Positions 32,665-42,976 of a stretch of 64,000 bases of DNA are shown here, piece by piece (the first letter of the stretch is position 1; each line of letters begins with the position of its first letter). Source of the DNA: a virus. Under the pieces are notes generated by a model. It did not search any database. It was not told the origin of the DNA and worked only from the letters and a program-made list of their open reading frames with translations. The stretch covers positions 1 to 64,000 of the IMG/VR virus record IMGVR_UViG_3300028844_004552. One strand, 5' to 3'. Position numbers and translations under genes: made by a program.

Positions 32665-33873
32665 ATGGCATTTATAACAACAGCTGATACAGCTACACTT
32701 ACAGCAAAACTGACACCATTAGGTAGGAGGTTATTGGTAACTAACACAAATTCGTTAATTGCTAAATTTACATTAGGGGATTCTGATGCAAATTATAATG
32801 TTACAGATTCACTTACAACTGGTGAGGTACCATCAATAGGTGGTGATATCGGTGTTGGTAATACTGTGAATAATAGTAGTGGTAATGACATTAGTGTTAA
32901 ATACCCACTATTTTTAAGTTCAAGAGGTGGTAACGCTAAAGCTGTTGAGGCAGCTTCAATTGGTGTAACTAACGTAGTATCAAAAATTGGACAAGAACTT
33001 AATCTTTCTGGGTCTTCATATATCACAGAAAATATAGTTGATAGAAATGATTACGCTACTGATACACTTGTAAACCTTTTTACTTCTTTTGGATTACCAT
33101 TAACAGAAAAACAAAAGTCTACATACACAGCAACTACATTCGCATCTGGTGGGTGGAGTGATACTGCAATTAGTGGTTTTGCTAGTGATAAAATTGTTAT
33201 CATTGGTGTAGATAGTTCTAAGTATGGTGAAACACTTGATGGACGTGAAATTAAGATTTCAATCCCAACATCTGCTGGTACATTTACTGTTTATAGTACA
33301 TTCCAAAACAAAGGAGTTAGTTCAACTAAAGAGGATGCTACATACAAAGATACATCAAATACAACAACTCACTTAGGAAATTCTTTAGGGTTCCTTGTAA
33401 GTGACGATATACTTACACCAAATGGTGGTGACGTATCTAAGAGTTGGGCAACAGGTTTCGGTGTGGTTAAACCATTTTCAGTAGGTAAAAAAGAACTATT
33501 TAACCTTCAATCTAATAGTAACTTAAATCTTACTGCCGATACAGTGGTTGGTATCTCTTACTTAAGCAAAGGATTCATGGTAATAACAGACCCTACAATA
33601 GTAGCCGCATTTACTACTGGATACTCTGGTGGTCCAGTTGTTACATTCAATAGCGTATCAACAGATGTAGTACAAAACATCACATGTATTGCTGGTAGAG
33701 GTGAATTCGGAACATCAAACAACCCAACATGGGCTACTGGTGATACGGTTAGAATTACAGAATTAGGTCTTTACGATATAAATAATAATCTTATAGCATA
33801 CGGTAAATTTGATAGACAAATATTGAAGACAGTTGATGGATTCTCATCTTTTGGTGTTAAAATTACACTTTAA
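32665..33873 (+). CDS. tail-fibre/collar-type structural protein, paralog of the preceding gene
   Basis: KLTPLGRRLL..FTLGDSDANY at the N-terminus and ITELGLYD..LIAYGKF at the C-terminus. Confidence 0.7.
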   Translation: MAFITTADTATLTAKLTPLGRRLLVTNTNSLIAKFTLGDSDANYNVTDSLTTGEVPSIGGDIGVGNTVNNSSGNDISVKYPLFLSSRGGNAKAVEAASIGVTNVVSKIGQELNLSGSSYITENIVDRNDYATDTLVNLFTSFGLPLTEKQKSTYTATTFASGGWSDTAISGFASDKIVIIGVDSSKYGETLDGREIKISIPTSAGTFTVYSTFQNKGVSSTKEDATYKDTSNTTTHLGNSLGFLVSDDILTPNGGDVSKSWATGFGVVKPFSVGKKELFNLQSNSNLNLTADTVVGISYLSKGFMVITDPTIVAAFTTGYSGGPVVTFNSVSTDVVQNITCIAGRGEFGTSNNPTWATGDTVRITELGLYDINNNLIAYGKFDRQILKTVDGFSSFGVKITL

Positions 33874-33919
33874 GGGTTTAGTTTTGTCTAATAGTGTTTA
33901 TATTAAATAAAAAAGTTTT

Positions 33920-34546
33920 ATGATACTAGGATTAGACATTTCAACCAAAACAATTGGTGTGGCATTATTTGAGGATAATGACGGTAAGGGTGACCTTAAA
34001 GTATTAACTCATGTTACACCTAAAGTTAAACCAAAACCAGAAACTAAGATTGAAGAATTATGTGAAAAAGCAAATATCTTTGAAGAAGAGTTTTTGAATA
34101 AGTATGCTGATGTTGGTATCACAAGAGTAATCATTGAGGAACCACTTCTACGCTCCAACAATGTAAATACAGTTGCAACACTTCTACGATTTAATGGTAT
34201 GGTTTCTAGGTCAGTTTACAATATCCTTGGTATTATACCAGAGTATATATCATCATATGATTCTAGAGCATTTGCATATCCAGAATTAATGGAAATCAGA
34301 ACTAAAAACAAGAAAGGTGAAGCGTACAGTGAAACTGAAATGAAGAGAAAAAAACCAGTCTTGTTCGGTGGATATAGTTTCGATGTTGACAAGAAGATGG
34401 TTGTATGGGAAAAGGTTGCAGACCTTGAACCACAAATCACATGGCTTTACACATCAAAAGCAACTCTTAAGAAGGAAAATTTTGATATGACTGATGCATA
34501 TTCTTGTGTTAAGGCAGTCATGAAAAGGGATGGTCTTTGGTTATGA
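33920..34546 (+). CDS. RuvC-like Holliday junction resolvase
   Basis: ILGLDISTKTIG, IIEE and DMTDAY acidic catalytic pattern. Confidence 0.8.
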   Translation: MILGLDISTKTIGVALFEDNDGKGDLKVLTHVTPKVKPKPETKIEELCEKANIFEEEFLNKYADVGITRVIIEEPLLRSNNVNTVATLLRFNGMVSRSVYNILGIIPEYISSYDSRAFAYPELMEIRTKNKKGEAYSETEMKRKKPVLFGGYSFDVDKKMVVWEKVADLEPQITWLYTSKATLKKENFDMTDAYSCVKAVMKRDGLWL

Positions 34547-35022
34547 GTTATTATAGTTATGGTACCACAACTGGTGGTACTAGTAGTAATTTAGGTGGTT
34601 ATAGTAAAATATGTGGTGGGACACATGAATGGTTACCTTGTGAAATATGTGGTGCATCAATAAAAATTCTTCATTCTCCTTCAACCTATACTCACATTTG
34701 TAAGGATTTAACCAAAGAACTTTACGAAAAACAACAATTACATTATACTAAAGTTATGATGTATGATAAAGAAAGAGCAGAACGATTTGTGGGTCAAGAT
34801 ATTTGTTATCCATATTGGGTACATAAAAACCCAAATAGTGGTCGTAGTTATAAACAAATTGATTATGAGTGGGTTAGTAACTTAAGTTATGATGAGTGGG
34901 TTAGATGGGGTAAGGGTGAGATACGTGATAGTGTTGAACAAGCTAACCACATTAAACAGTTAGAATACAGAGTTAAGAATGGTAAAGATGCCCAAGAAGA
35001 GTTAGATAAACTCAAAAAATAA
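34543..35022 (+). CDS. hypothetical protein with a possible Zn finger
   Basis: The ATG overlaps the upstream TGA; C..H..CEIC..HIC. Confidence 0.6.
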   Translation: MSYYSYGTTTGGTSSNLGGYSKICGGTHEWLPCEICGASIKILHSPSTYTHICKDLTKELYEKQQLHYTKVMMYDKERAERFVGQDICYPYWVHKNPNSGRSYKQIDYEWVSNLSYDEWVRWGKGEIRDSVEQANHIKQLEYRVKNGKDAQEELDKLKK

Positions 35023-35065
35023 CAACTTAGTTGTGAAATCCAATTAAATTTCGTATATTTGTGGT

Positions 35066-36007
35066 ATGTCAATGTTCTTAATAGACATACTGGAAGGATT
35101 CTTAGGTAAGTCCGCAAAACATAATGAATCAAAGGGTCAATTAGCCTTTGACTGTCCAGCCTGTGGTATAGAGGGAGATGGGATAGGTAAACACAATCTT
35201 GAAGTCAATTACAAACGAGGTATCTTTAGATGTTGGTCTTGTATGTACAAGAATCACATGCATGGACACGTACCAAAACTAATTAAACGATTTGGGAATG
35301 AAGCATTACTTAGGGAATATCTTGTTCTAAAACCAGATACCTATGAAAATACTGGTGCTGGGGAATATGAAGATGTAAAGATGCCCAAGGGGTATAAAAA
35401 ATTACATGGATGTCCCAAGAATAGTCCAAAATACCAAGCTGTAATGAAATACTTGACCGATAGACGAATTGGTCCCGATATTATTGAAAAGTATAATATT
35501 GGATATACATTAACTGGTGAATTTAAAGATAGAATTATCATTCCATCTTATGATGTGTTCGGTGAACTCAACTATTTTATAGCTAGAGCTTTTTCACGAA
35601 GAACAAAACCAAAGTATCTTAATCCAGAGGCTGAAAAACAAGAAATTATCTTCAATGAAGACAAAGTTAACTGGGATGGGACGATATATCTTGTAGAGGG
35701 AGTATTTGACCACATAGTAATCCCAAACTCAATACCACTTCTAGGTAAATTTATCTCACCAAAGCTATTTAACCTTCTTTATACCAAAGCTTCGGCTAAT
35801 ATTGTGATATTATTGGATGATGATGCATACGATGATGCAATTGAGTTATACAAGACGTTAAATATGGGTGACTTACTTGATAGAATTAGAATTTGTGTCC
35901 CATTAGCTGGTTATGACCCATCACTCATTTATCAAAAGTGGGGTAATCATGGTATTATTGAATTATTGAAGATTTCTAATAAGATTCCAGAAAGTAGGTT
36001 ATATTAA
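35066..36007 (+). CDS. DNA primase (Zn-binding domain plus TOPRIM)
   Basis: CPAC..H..CWSC, RIIIP, KYLN, VEGVFD and LDDDA; TATATTTG promoter at 35054-35061. Confidence 0.88.
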   Translation: MSMFLIDILEGFLGKSAKHNESKGQLAFDCPACGIEGDGIGKHNLEVNYKRGIFRCWSCMYKNHMHGHVPKLIKRFGNEALLREYLVLKPDTYENTGAGEYEDVKMPKGYKKLHGCPKNSPKYQAVMKYLTDRRIGPDIIEKYNIGYTLTGEFKDRIIIPSYDVFGELNYFIARAFSRRTKPKYLNPEAEKQEIIFNEDKVNWDGTIYLVEGVFDHIVIPNSIPLLGKFISPKLFNLLYTKASANIVILLDDDAYDDAIELYKTLNMGDLLDRIRICVPLAGYDPSLIYQKWGNHGIIELLKISNKIPESRLY

Positions 36008-37069
36008 TTACTCAAATGAGTCTCTAGAGATTCTAAGTGTCCTAAGAACATGACCACTTTCCATTTCTTTAGTTGCAACCTCTTGACCACCCATTTTAAC
36101 CCAGAAAGGACAAGCAGTATCGAAACATTGAAGTACAATATTCTGTATTTTAGGTAATTTTTGGAAAATAAACTTAAGTCCCTCAGAACCATAACCTTTT
36201 CCTTGTTCAGAAGCGTTATACCCACCCTTAAGATAAAGTGCGTTAGGTATTGTCTCACCATTGATAGTCAAATCACCAATCCCACCAACACCAAAGTCAA
36301 CTATTGGGTTTTCACCCATATAAATTGTATTAGCACCAGATTTATTGAATCTACCATCAGTATTGAATTTTAATTCTTCTTCTGATTCATTCATATTAAG
36401 AGTTTCATTACTAACTTGACTTGTGTTAGATTTTCGGATAAGATTATTAATAATTCTTTTCATTAATTTATAAACCTTATCAGTTTCGTCTGGTCCAAAT
36501 TTATGTGTAGTTTTATCTCTATCTCTACCATTTGGTGTATAATCATGCTTATTAACACTCCAACCCTTAAATCCTGTTCTATCAAAAATTTCACTATATT
36601 CTATCATATAACTTGGTAATATAAAACTATGTTCCCCATATACCAACTCTTCGTTTTCGTTAATTTTAAACCTTAACGATGGAAGAGATGTTTTATAAAA
36701 ATTAACCAAATCTGGATACTCATCAACTAAAGACATTAGTAAAGAAATATCTACAGAATCAATACTTTCTGGTTCATCTGATTCATTCATATTAACATGT
36801 GGATGCATATCATCATATAAGGCAGCTAGTTTATTTGGGATAAATCTTTTTATAGCATCAATAATACCATAACTATCACCTTCATATTCAGCATATCTAG
36901 ACATGTATTTATCTTCAATTCTATTAAGTGCGATTTGGTATTCACGAGGACTCATTTCTTGGTGTGCTAATCCATCAAGTTCCATACCAAGAGGGTCTTC
37001 AGTTGATGCCATTCCACCATTCCCACGTCCCCAATGTTCATGTAACATTTTTTTGATAAATTTCTTCAT
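36008..37069 (-). CDS. protein with a C-terminal GNAT-like acetyltransferase domain
   Basis: EQGKGYG (motif A) and FWVKMG; N-terminus MKKFIKKMLHE; TATTTATA upstream on the minus strand (37083-37090). Confidence 0.6.
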   Translation of the reverse strand: MKKFIKKMLHEHWGRGNGGMASTEDPLGMELDGLAHQEMSPREYQIALNRIEDKYMSRYAEYEGDSYGIIDAIKRFIPNKLAALYDDMHPHVNMNESDEPESIDSVDISLLMSLVDEYPDLVNFYKTSLPSLRFKINENEELVYGEHSFILPSYMIEYSEIFDRTGFKGWSVNKHDYTPNGRDRDKTTHKFGPDETDKVYKLMKRIINNLIRKSNTSQVSNETLNMNESEEELKFNTDGRFNKSGANTIYMGENPIVDFGVGGIGDLTINGETIPNALYLKGGYNASEQGKGYGSEGLKFIFQKLPKIQNIVLQCFDTACPFWVKMGGQEVATKEMESGHVLRTLRISRDSFE

Positions 37070-37127
37070 ATGAATCTTTTATTATAAATACTTGAATTTC
37101 TAGATAAATTAACGTATATTCGTACGA

Positions 37128-38072
37128 ATGAGTATTAACAAAGAAAAATTATTAAAAATTGCTGAGGACATAAGAGATGTGGTTGACAAGAAACAAAAGG
37201 AATTAGAACTTTCTTTCGTTGAAGACACTCACACCTATTACATCAAAAACAAAGAAGGTAAGATTGTTAGTAACCTACCTAGTGTGTCCACAGTAATCAC
37301 ACAATTCTATGAACCGTTTGATGACCTATCTAAATCTTTAGATATGTGTGATGGTCATATTGGCTTGCAAGATACATTATTAACTAAATGGAGAGCAACT
37401 GCAACCTATGCAAATAGTACTGGTTCTAGAGTCCATTTTCTATTAGAAACAGACTTACTTAAGATGTATAAGTCTGATAAGGAAGTAAGAAAACCAATCT
37501 TTGAATGTGACGAAGAACAAATAGAGATTGGTAATAGAATGATTGATGCTGGTCATAAGTTTCTAAACACAATGCACAGACGTGGTGCGGTACTATTAGA
37601 TACTGAGATGGTTCTAGGTAGCATTGACTTAGGATATACTGGACAACCAGATAAGGTCTGGCTTATGGAGAATGAAAAAGGAGAATTAGGTTTCGTGATA
37701 ACCGATTGGAAAACCAACAAACCAAAGAATTTCTTAATTCAACCTTATACAGAACAAATGTTACCACCATTTGAAAACCACCCAGACACAGCACTAAGTC
37801 ACTACAAGATTCAACTACCAATGTACGGTAAACTTATTCTCGATATGCTTAAGGGGTCAAAATATGAGAACATTAAATTCTTCGGGTGTGTAATTGTACA
37901 CTTATTAAGAGAGGGTGAAATGGTTGAATACAGAGTTGAGAATTCATTCATCAATACGATATTAGATATGGACCCACTACCTAGAATTGATGAGGTACTT
38001 ACATATAAAAAGAATCATGCTCTTAGGGAAGAGAAGAGACTAAAAGAAGTTAAAGCATTTATAAATGAGTAA
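37128..38072 (+). CDS. PD-(D/E)XK family exonuclease
   Basis: PSVSTVI, GSRVH, E, GQPD, DWKT and QLPMY. Confidence 0.8.
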   Translation: MSINKEKLLKIAEDIRDVVDKKQKELELSFVEDTHTYYIKNKEGKIVSNLPSVSTVITQFYEPFDDLSKSLDMCDGHIGLQDTLLTKWRATATYANSTGSRVHFLLETDLLKMYKSDKEVRKPIFECDEEQIEIGNRMIDAGHKFLNTMHRRGAVLLDTEMVLGSIDLGYTGQPDKVWLMENEKGELGFVITDWKTNKPKNFLIQPYTEQMLPPFENHPDTALSHYKIQLPMYGKLILDMLKGSKYENIKFFGCVIVHLLREGEMVEYRVENSFINTILDMDPLPRIDEVLTYKKNHALREEKRLKEVKAFINE

Positions 38073-38307
38073 AAAAATAATAAAAGACCAATTTATTGGT
38101 GATAAATACAGTTTAACCAAAGTTGGTGAAATAACCAAACAGATGGTTGGTAATATTAGAGTTGACATAATTTATAAGGATAAGTATGACAATGCATGGA
38201 TTGAATCAACTCTAGTTGGGCATAATCTTATGAGTGAAAATAAAACTTTACCTATGGTATTTCTAGGTAAAGATATAATAGATAAAATTATTGAGATTTA
38301 TGGTTAA
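38065..38307 (+). CDS. hypothetical protein
   Basis: 80-aa ORF overlapping both neighbours. Confidence 0.6.
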   Translation: MSKKIIKDQFIGDKYSLTKVGEITKQMVGNIRVDIIYKDKYDNAWIESTLVGHNLMSENKTLPMVFLGKDIIDKIIEIYG

Positions 38308-39115
38308 AAAGGTAATACATATTGCCGACATACATATCAGAACATTTAGAATGCATGATGTTTATGGTGAGGTATTTAAACAATTCCTAAAGGAGATTAG
38401 AGTACTTGTAAAGGACTTTGAACGAGAAGAGGTAAGAATTGTTATTGTAGGTGATTTAGTTCATCAGAAGATAACTATATCAAATGAGTTACTAACACTA
38501 GGTACTTGGTTCTTACAGAAATTAGAGAAGATTGCACCATTAAGGATTGTAGCTGGTAATCATGATTTCATAGAGAACAATAAAGATAGGCTTGATAGTA
38601 TCACACCCATGGTTAGTCTATTGGGTGATTTAGACATTCAATATTATAAGGGTGATAGTGCTTGCTATGAGGACGATAATATTGTTTGGTGTAACTATTC
38701 AATATTTGATGAAGAAGCTAGACCAGATATTGAAAAGGCTAGAATTGACTTCGGTCCAGATAAGTCTTATATTGGTCTTTATCATGCACCAGTTGTTGGG
38801 GCATCTACAGATATTGGTTATGAATTTGACCATGGTACAACACTTGAACACTTTGAGGGTTGTGATATAGTTATGTTAGGTGATATCCATAAGAGACAAT
38901 CGTGGGTACATAAAGACATCCCAATTGCATATCCATCATCACTTATACAACAGAATTTTGGTGAAACAGTATCAAAGCATGGTTACCTATGGTGGGATAT
39001 AGCAGATAAAACATTTGAAGAATTTGATATCCCAACAAACTATGGGTTCTATCAATTTAAAATAAAGTCATTAGATGACTTAGAAAATAACGAAGAAAAG
39101 TTAACAAATTTATAA
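38300..39115 (+). CDS. Mre11/SbcD/gp47-like metallophosphoesterase nuclease
   Basis: ADIH, GDLVH, GNHD and GDIH motifs; ATG at 38300. Confidence 0.88.
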   Translation: MVKKVIHIADIHIRTFRMHDVYGEVFKQFLKEIRVLVKDFEREEVRIVIVGDLVHQKITISNELLTLGTWFLQKLEKIAPLRIVAGNHDFIENNKDRLDSITPMVSLLGDLDIQYYKGDSACYEDDNIVWCNYSIFDEEARPDIEKARIDFGPDKSYIGLYHAPVVGASTDIGYEFDHGTTLEHFEGCDIVMLGDIHKRQSWVHKDIPIAYPSSLIQQNFGETVSKHGYLWWDIADKTFEEFDIPTNYGFYQFKIKSLDDLENNEEKLTNL

Positions 39116-39117
39116 TT

Positions 39118-39375
39118 ATGATGACACTTGAAGAATTAAAGGAATTTTTAAATAACCTACCAGAAGATTTTAACGGATATGGTGTGGTAAATGGAGAAGT
39201 TGGAACACTAAAAGATAGTGGTGAAGATGGAGAACCAGATTATATGTACCGTTGCGATAAACCAATAATCACACTTTTCGTTGATGAGGAAAATAAAGAA
39301 ATCTGCTTCCTTCACCAAACACAAGAAGAGGTTGATACTATTTACGGAAACGACGATGCTAAGGAAGTGAAGTAA
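39118..39375 (+). CDS. hypothetical protein
   Basis: 85-aa ORF. Confidence 0.65.
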   Translation: MMTLEELKEFLNNLPEDFNGYGVVNGEVGTLKDSGEDGEPDYMYRCDKPIITLFVDEENKEICFLHQTQEEVDTIYGNDDAKEVK

Positions 39376-39872
39376 TGGATATCCCACAAAAAATTCTCGA
39401 TGAAATCTGGGAATACTGTCGTATTAATAAGATAACAGATGTTGATGGTTTCATTCTAAAAATGCTAAAACAAGGGTTCACTGTTGAAAAGTTTGGTGCT
39501 ACCCCAACTGAGCGTATCGTAGAAAAAGAAGTTGAGAAGATAGTCGAAGTCATAGTAGAAAAAGAAGTTGAGAAGATAGTCGAAGTTATCAAAGAAGTTG
39601 AAGTAATCAAAGAGGTTCAAATAACTGATGATAGTGAAATACAGATATTAGTTGATAAGACTAATAAATTGAACGACGAAATGACAGAACTGAAAAGGAA
39701 TGCTGTACTTTGTACCAAGAGTGTGGAATCAAAGGATAAAGAAATAGAAAATCTTAAGGGTAAAATAAAGGTGGTTGAAACTGAATTAAAGGCTGAGAGA
39801 TTAAAAACTAAGGATAACTCTAAGAGAGATATATACGGAGAAAATAGGAAGGGTTTCGACGGTTCAATTTAA
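39375..39872 (+). CDS. coiled-coil protein with EKEVEKIVEV repeats
   Basis: 165 aa with a low-complexity repeat. Confidence 0.7.
   Translation: MDIPQKILDEIWEYCRINKITDVDGFILKMLKQGFTVEKFGATPTERIVEKEVEKIVEVIVEKEVEKIVEVIKEVEVIKEVQITDDSEIQILVDKTNKLNDEMTELKRNAVLCTKSVESKDKEIENLKGKIKVVETELKAERLKTKDNSKRDIYGENRKGFDGSI
39519..39617 (+). repeat. 36-nt coding tandem repeat plus degenerate 18-nt units
   Basis: GTAGAAAAAGAAGTTGAGAAGATAGTCGAAGT occurs twice. Confidence 0.8.
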
Positions 39873-39877
39873 ATTAT

Positions 39878-42322
39878 ATGGAAGAAGAAAAAACATTGGT
39901 TAAAAAACTATCAATACCAACTAATGCTAAAATTAAAGTTTATTGGGATGATGTACCAGAAAACTACAGCAAGGAGAATAAGGTTTTAGTTAGAAACCAT
40001 TTCGCTACCAAGTATGGTGTTAGCAAGACCAATATAAACGTGGTTTATCGACCAATAAAGATTACTGATAAGGGTGAGACAATCGAAATAAATGGTGCTG
40101 GGATTGACAACATCATGGATACAAGCTACCAACGTGAATTATTCAAAGAGTGGTTAACTAGAGAATCTAAGGATGTTGATTTTAGTCGCCTTATGAAACT
40201 AGATGATAAGGTCAATGCTGAGTTGAATGAATCTGATAATGGTGGTAATCATCGTGAGTGGTCACTTAAGTGGATAATGATGAATGGGTTCTTATGTTTT
40301 GGGGCTAACAACTTTGTATCATTATCTAATCTTGATGGACTTACAATCGTAAATTCATATCCAGAAAATCAAGGGGGTAAGACTACCTTTTCTATTGATG
40401 CATTTAAATTTGTTCTTTACGGTAAGACAACAAAGACCGATAAGAATGAAGAAGTCTTTAATCAATATTGGGACAATAATGACCTAGTTGTTAGAGGTAT
40501 GTTATCAATTATCGATAAAGAGATTATCATTGAAAGAAAGATGACTCGAAAGAAGAAACGTAATGGTGGGTGGAACATAGAGAATAAGTTAAATTTATTT
40601 GAGGTATTACCAGATGGTGAAGAGATTCAAATGAATGATGAGGATGCTAAGGCGACAACAGAAGAGATTAAAAAGGTTGTGGGTGTTGAGGCTGACTTTG
40701 AGTTGGTTACACTTGCAACAGCTAGAAATCTTGATGACCTTGTTGGTCTTACAACTACCGAGAGTGGTAAACTACTCACAAGATTTATTGGGCTTGACCC
40801 AATCGAACGTAAGTCTGAGACATCTAGAAAGATGTATAATGAATTTGCTAAGACCAAGAAATCTAACATGTATGATGAAACTACACTTAGAAATGAAATT
40901 GATGGTTATGATGGAACACCTAATACGGATGATGATTTAGAATGTGAACCAAACGCACCACAAGTTCTACGAGTTTACGGACATACGGAGAAAATTGAAT
41001 TAGCTAATAGAGAAATAATTACCAAAACCAAAGAGCTAACAACCAATGACGCTTTAATAACCAAGTATAATGATGAGAAGGATACACTACTTACTAGTAA
41101 GAAAACCATAGATGCAGAAATCCTAACACTCAATCCATCTAAGTTAAAGGAAGATATTGATGAATTAACAAAGAAGGGTCTTAAGTTAACTGGTGATATT
41201 GAAGGACTTAAAAAGAAGATAAAACCACTACTTGGAATCACATTTGATGAAGATAGACACCAAGATATTGTTGAAGAGGGTGGAACCTTTAAGACTAACT
41301 TAGCGGTCAAGACTGCTGAAATCACTAGACTTAAGAAAGTGGTTGAGGATTTAATAGCTGGTGGTATATGTCAAGCATGTAACAGAGCATTGGATGATAT
41401 TGATAATAGTGCACACATTGCAGAACATAACAAAACTATTAAAACATTAGAAGATGAGGGTAGTATTATTCAAGAGAAAATTAACAAATTGGTTATTGAA
41501 ATAAATTCACTTAACGAACTTAAAGCAAAGGTTGATGAACGACAGAAACTTGAATTGGATAAGGATAGAACTGAAATTGAAGTTGAGTCCCTTAGAACGC
41601 TTATAAAGAGCAAACAAGAAGACCAAAAGAAGTATAGTAATAATCTAGATGGTATTGAGTTCAATAAGGATATCGATACAAAGGTGTCTTTGATTAAGAC
41701 TAAATTAAGTGTGTGTGACCATACTAAGACTGAGTTAACACAAAAGATTGAGCGCACCAAGATGGATATTACTCAAAACGAAATAGCCATAGTTGACAAG
41801 AACAAGATTATTAGTCAAATCAAGAAAGAGGGTGAGGTTGAGAAACTATTCAAGATATATATCGAAATGGTTGGTAAGAAAGGGATAAGTAAATTGGTTC
41901 TTAGGTCAGTCCTACCAATTATTAATTCAGAGGTTCAAAGGTTATTAGATGGTGTTGTTGATTTTGATGTAGAAATATTCATCAACGATAAGAATGATGT
42001 ACAATTTATGTTAATCAAGGATGATGTTGAGAAGTATTTGAAATCTGGTAGTGGTCTTGAGATAACAGCGGCTAGTATTGCACTTAGATGTGTATTAGGT
42101 AAGATGTCATGTCTTCCAATGCCTAACTTCATTACATTCGATGAAGTTCTAGGTAAGGTAGCCAACGTTAACATACCACACATGAAACCATTGTTTGATA
42201 AAATAACAGATATGTATGATACTGTGTTCTTTATCACCCACAACGAGGTAGTGAAGGATTGGGGTGATAATATCATAACAATTAAGAAAGAAAACAATAT
42301 TTCTAGTATTTATGTTAAATAA
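39878..42322 (+). CDS. Rad50/SbcC/gp46-like ATPase
   Basis: Walker A ENQGGKTT, coiled coils, CQAC zinc hook, SGSGLE signature, Walker B ITFDE and ITHN. Confidence 0.9.
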   Translation: MEEEKTLVKKLSIPTNAKIKVYWDDVPENYSKENKVLVRNHFATKYGVSKTNINVVYRPIKITDKGETIEINGAGIDNIMDTSYQRELFKEWLTRESKDVDFSRLMKLDDKVNAELNESDNGGNHREWSLKWIMMNGFLCFGANNFVSLSNLDGLTIVNSYPENQGGKTTFSIDAFKFVLYGKTTKTDKNEEVFNQYWDNNDLVVRGMLSIIDKEIIIERKMTRKKKRNGGWNIENKLNLFEVLPDGEEIQMNDEDAKATTEEIKKVVGVEADFELVTLATARNLDDLVGLTTTESGKLLTRFIGLDPIERKSETSRKMYNEFAKTKKSNMYDETTLRNEIDGYDGTPNTDDDLECEPNAPQVLRVYGHTEKIELANREIITKTKELTTNDALITKYNDEKDTLLTSKKTIDAEILTLNPSKLKEDIDELTKKGLKLTGDIEGLKKKIKPLLGITFDEDRHQDIVEEGGTFKTNLAVKTAEITRLKKVVEDLIAGGICQACNRALDDIDNSAHIAEHNKTIKTLEDEGSIIQEKINKLVIEINSLNELKAKVDERQKLELDKDRTEIEVESLRTLIKSKQEDQKKYSNNLDGIEFNKDIDTKVSLIKTKLSVCDHTKTELTQKIERTKMDITQNEIAIVDKNKIISQIKKEGEVEKLFKIYIEMVGKKGISKLVLRSVLPIINSEVQRLLDGVVDFDVEIFINDKNDVQFMLIKDDVEKYLKSGSGLEITAASIALRCVLGKMSCLPMPNFITFDEVLGKVANVNIPHMKPLFDKITDMYDTVFFITHNEVVKDWGDNIITIKKENNISSIYVK

Positions 42323-42376
42323 ACGTGCTATTTCAAATAAAATTTAGTATATTTGTATTATTAATAAAAATAATGT

Positions 42377-42898
42377 ATGAAATTTAGAAATTATTGTATT
42401 GTTGTAATGGGAAAAATGGGTGCTGTCAAAGATGAAATCATCAAGATTGCTGAAACCAAACCTAGATATTTAGATGCTACAGGTATTCTTATCGCAACAT
42501 TCGCTAGTGTCGCTGAACCAGCTGAACTAGAAGAGTTTTTCAAAAGAGATGGACGGTCCTTTTTAATATTTGACCTAAATAAAGAAAATTCAGCATATCA
42601 TTTAGATAACTTAGGTTTTAATACCCATCTATTTGGTGATATATTGGAACGAGAGGAAAAACTTAAGGAGATGTCAGATAAGATTATGCAAGAAATATCT
42701 GGGTCAACCGAACAAAAGGGTAGACGAAGTGCTGTTATCATGGAGCCACAAATAAATATTGAGACCGAAGTGAAGGTCGAAGATTTATCTCCAAAAGAAA
42801 GAGAAGAATTAGTAAACGAAATATTTGACAAAGGTGTTGATAAAATGACGAATTCTGATAAAAAATTACTAGAGAAAATTAGTAATTTTAAACCCTAA
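42377..42898 (+). CDS. hypothetical protein with a DUF6576-like C-terminal motif
   Basis: VNEIFDKGVDKMTNSDKKLL; TATATTTG promoter at 42348-42355. Confidence 0.55.
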   Translation: MKFRNYCIVVMGKMGAVKDEIIKIAETKPRYLDATGILIATFASVAEPAELEEFFKRDGRSFLIFDLNKENSAYHLDNLGFNTHLFGDILEREEKLKEMSDKIMQEISGSTEQKGRRSAVIMEPQINIETEVKVEDLSPKEREELVNEIFDKGVDKMTNSDKKLLEKISNFKP

Positions 42899-42976
42899 AA
42901 ACCTTTACTTTTGGGGTAAAACTCGTATATTTATGTGTTTATAGAACACATAAGATTAGAGTATAAAAAATGTTTA

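Noticed and set aside
37128-38072. Cas4 as part of a CRISPR system
   Set aside because: It is a PD-(D/E)XK nuclease without the four-Cys Fe-S cluster pattern, and it sits in a recombination gene context.
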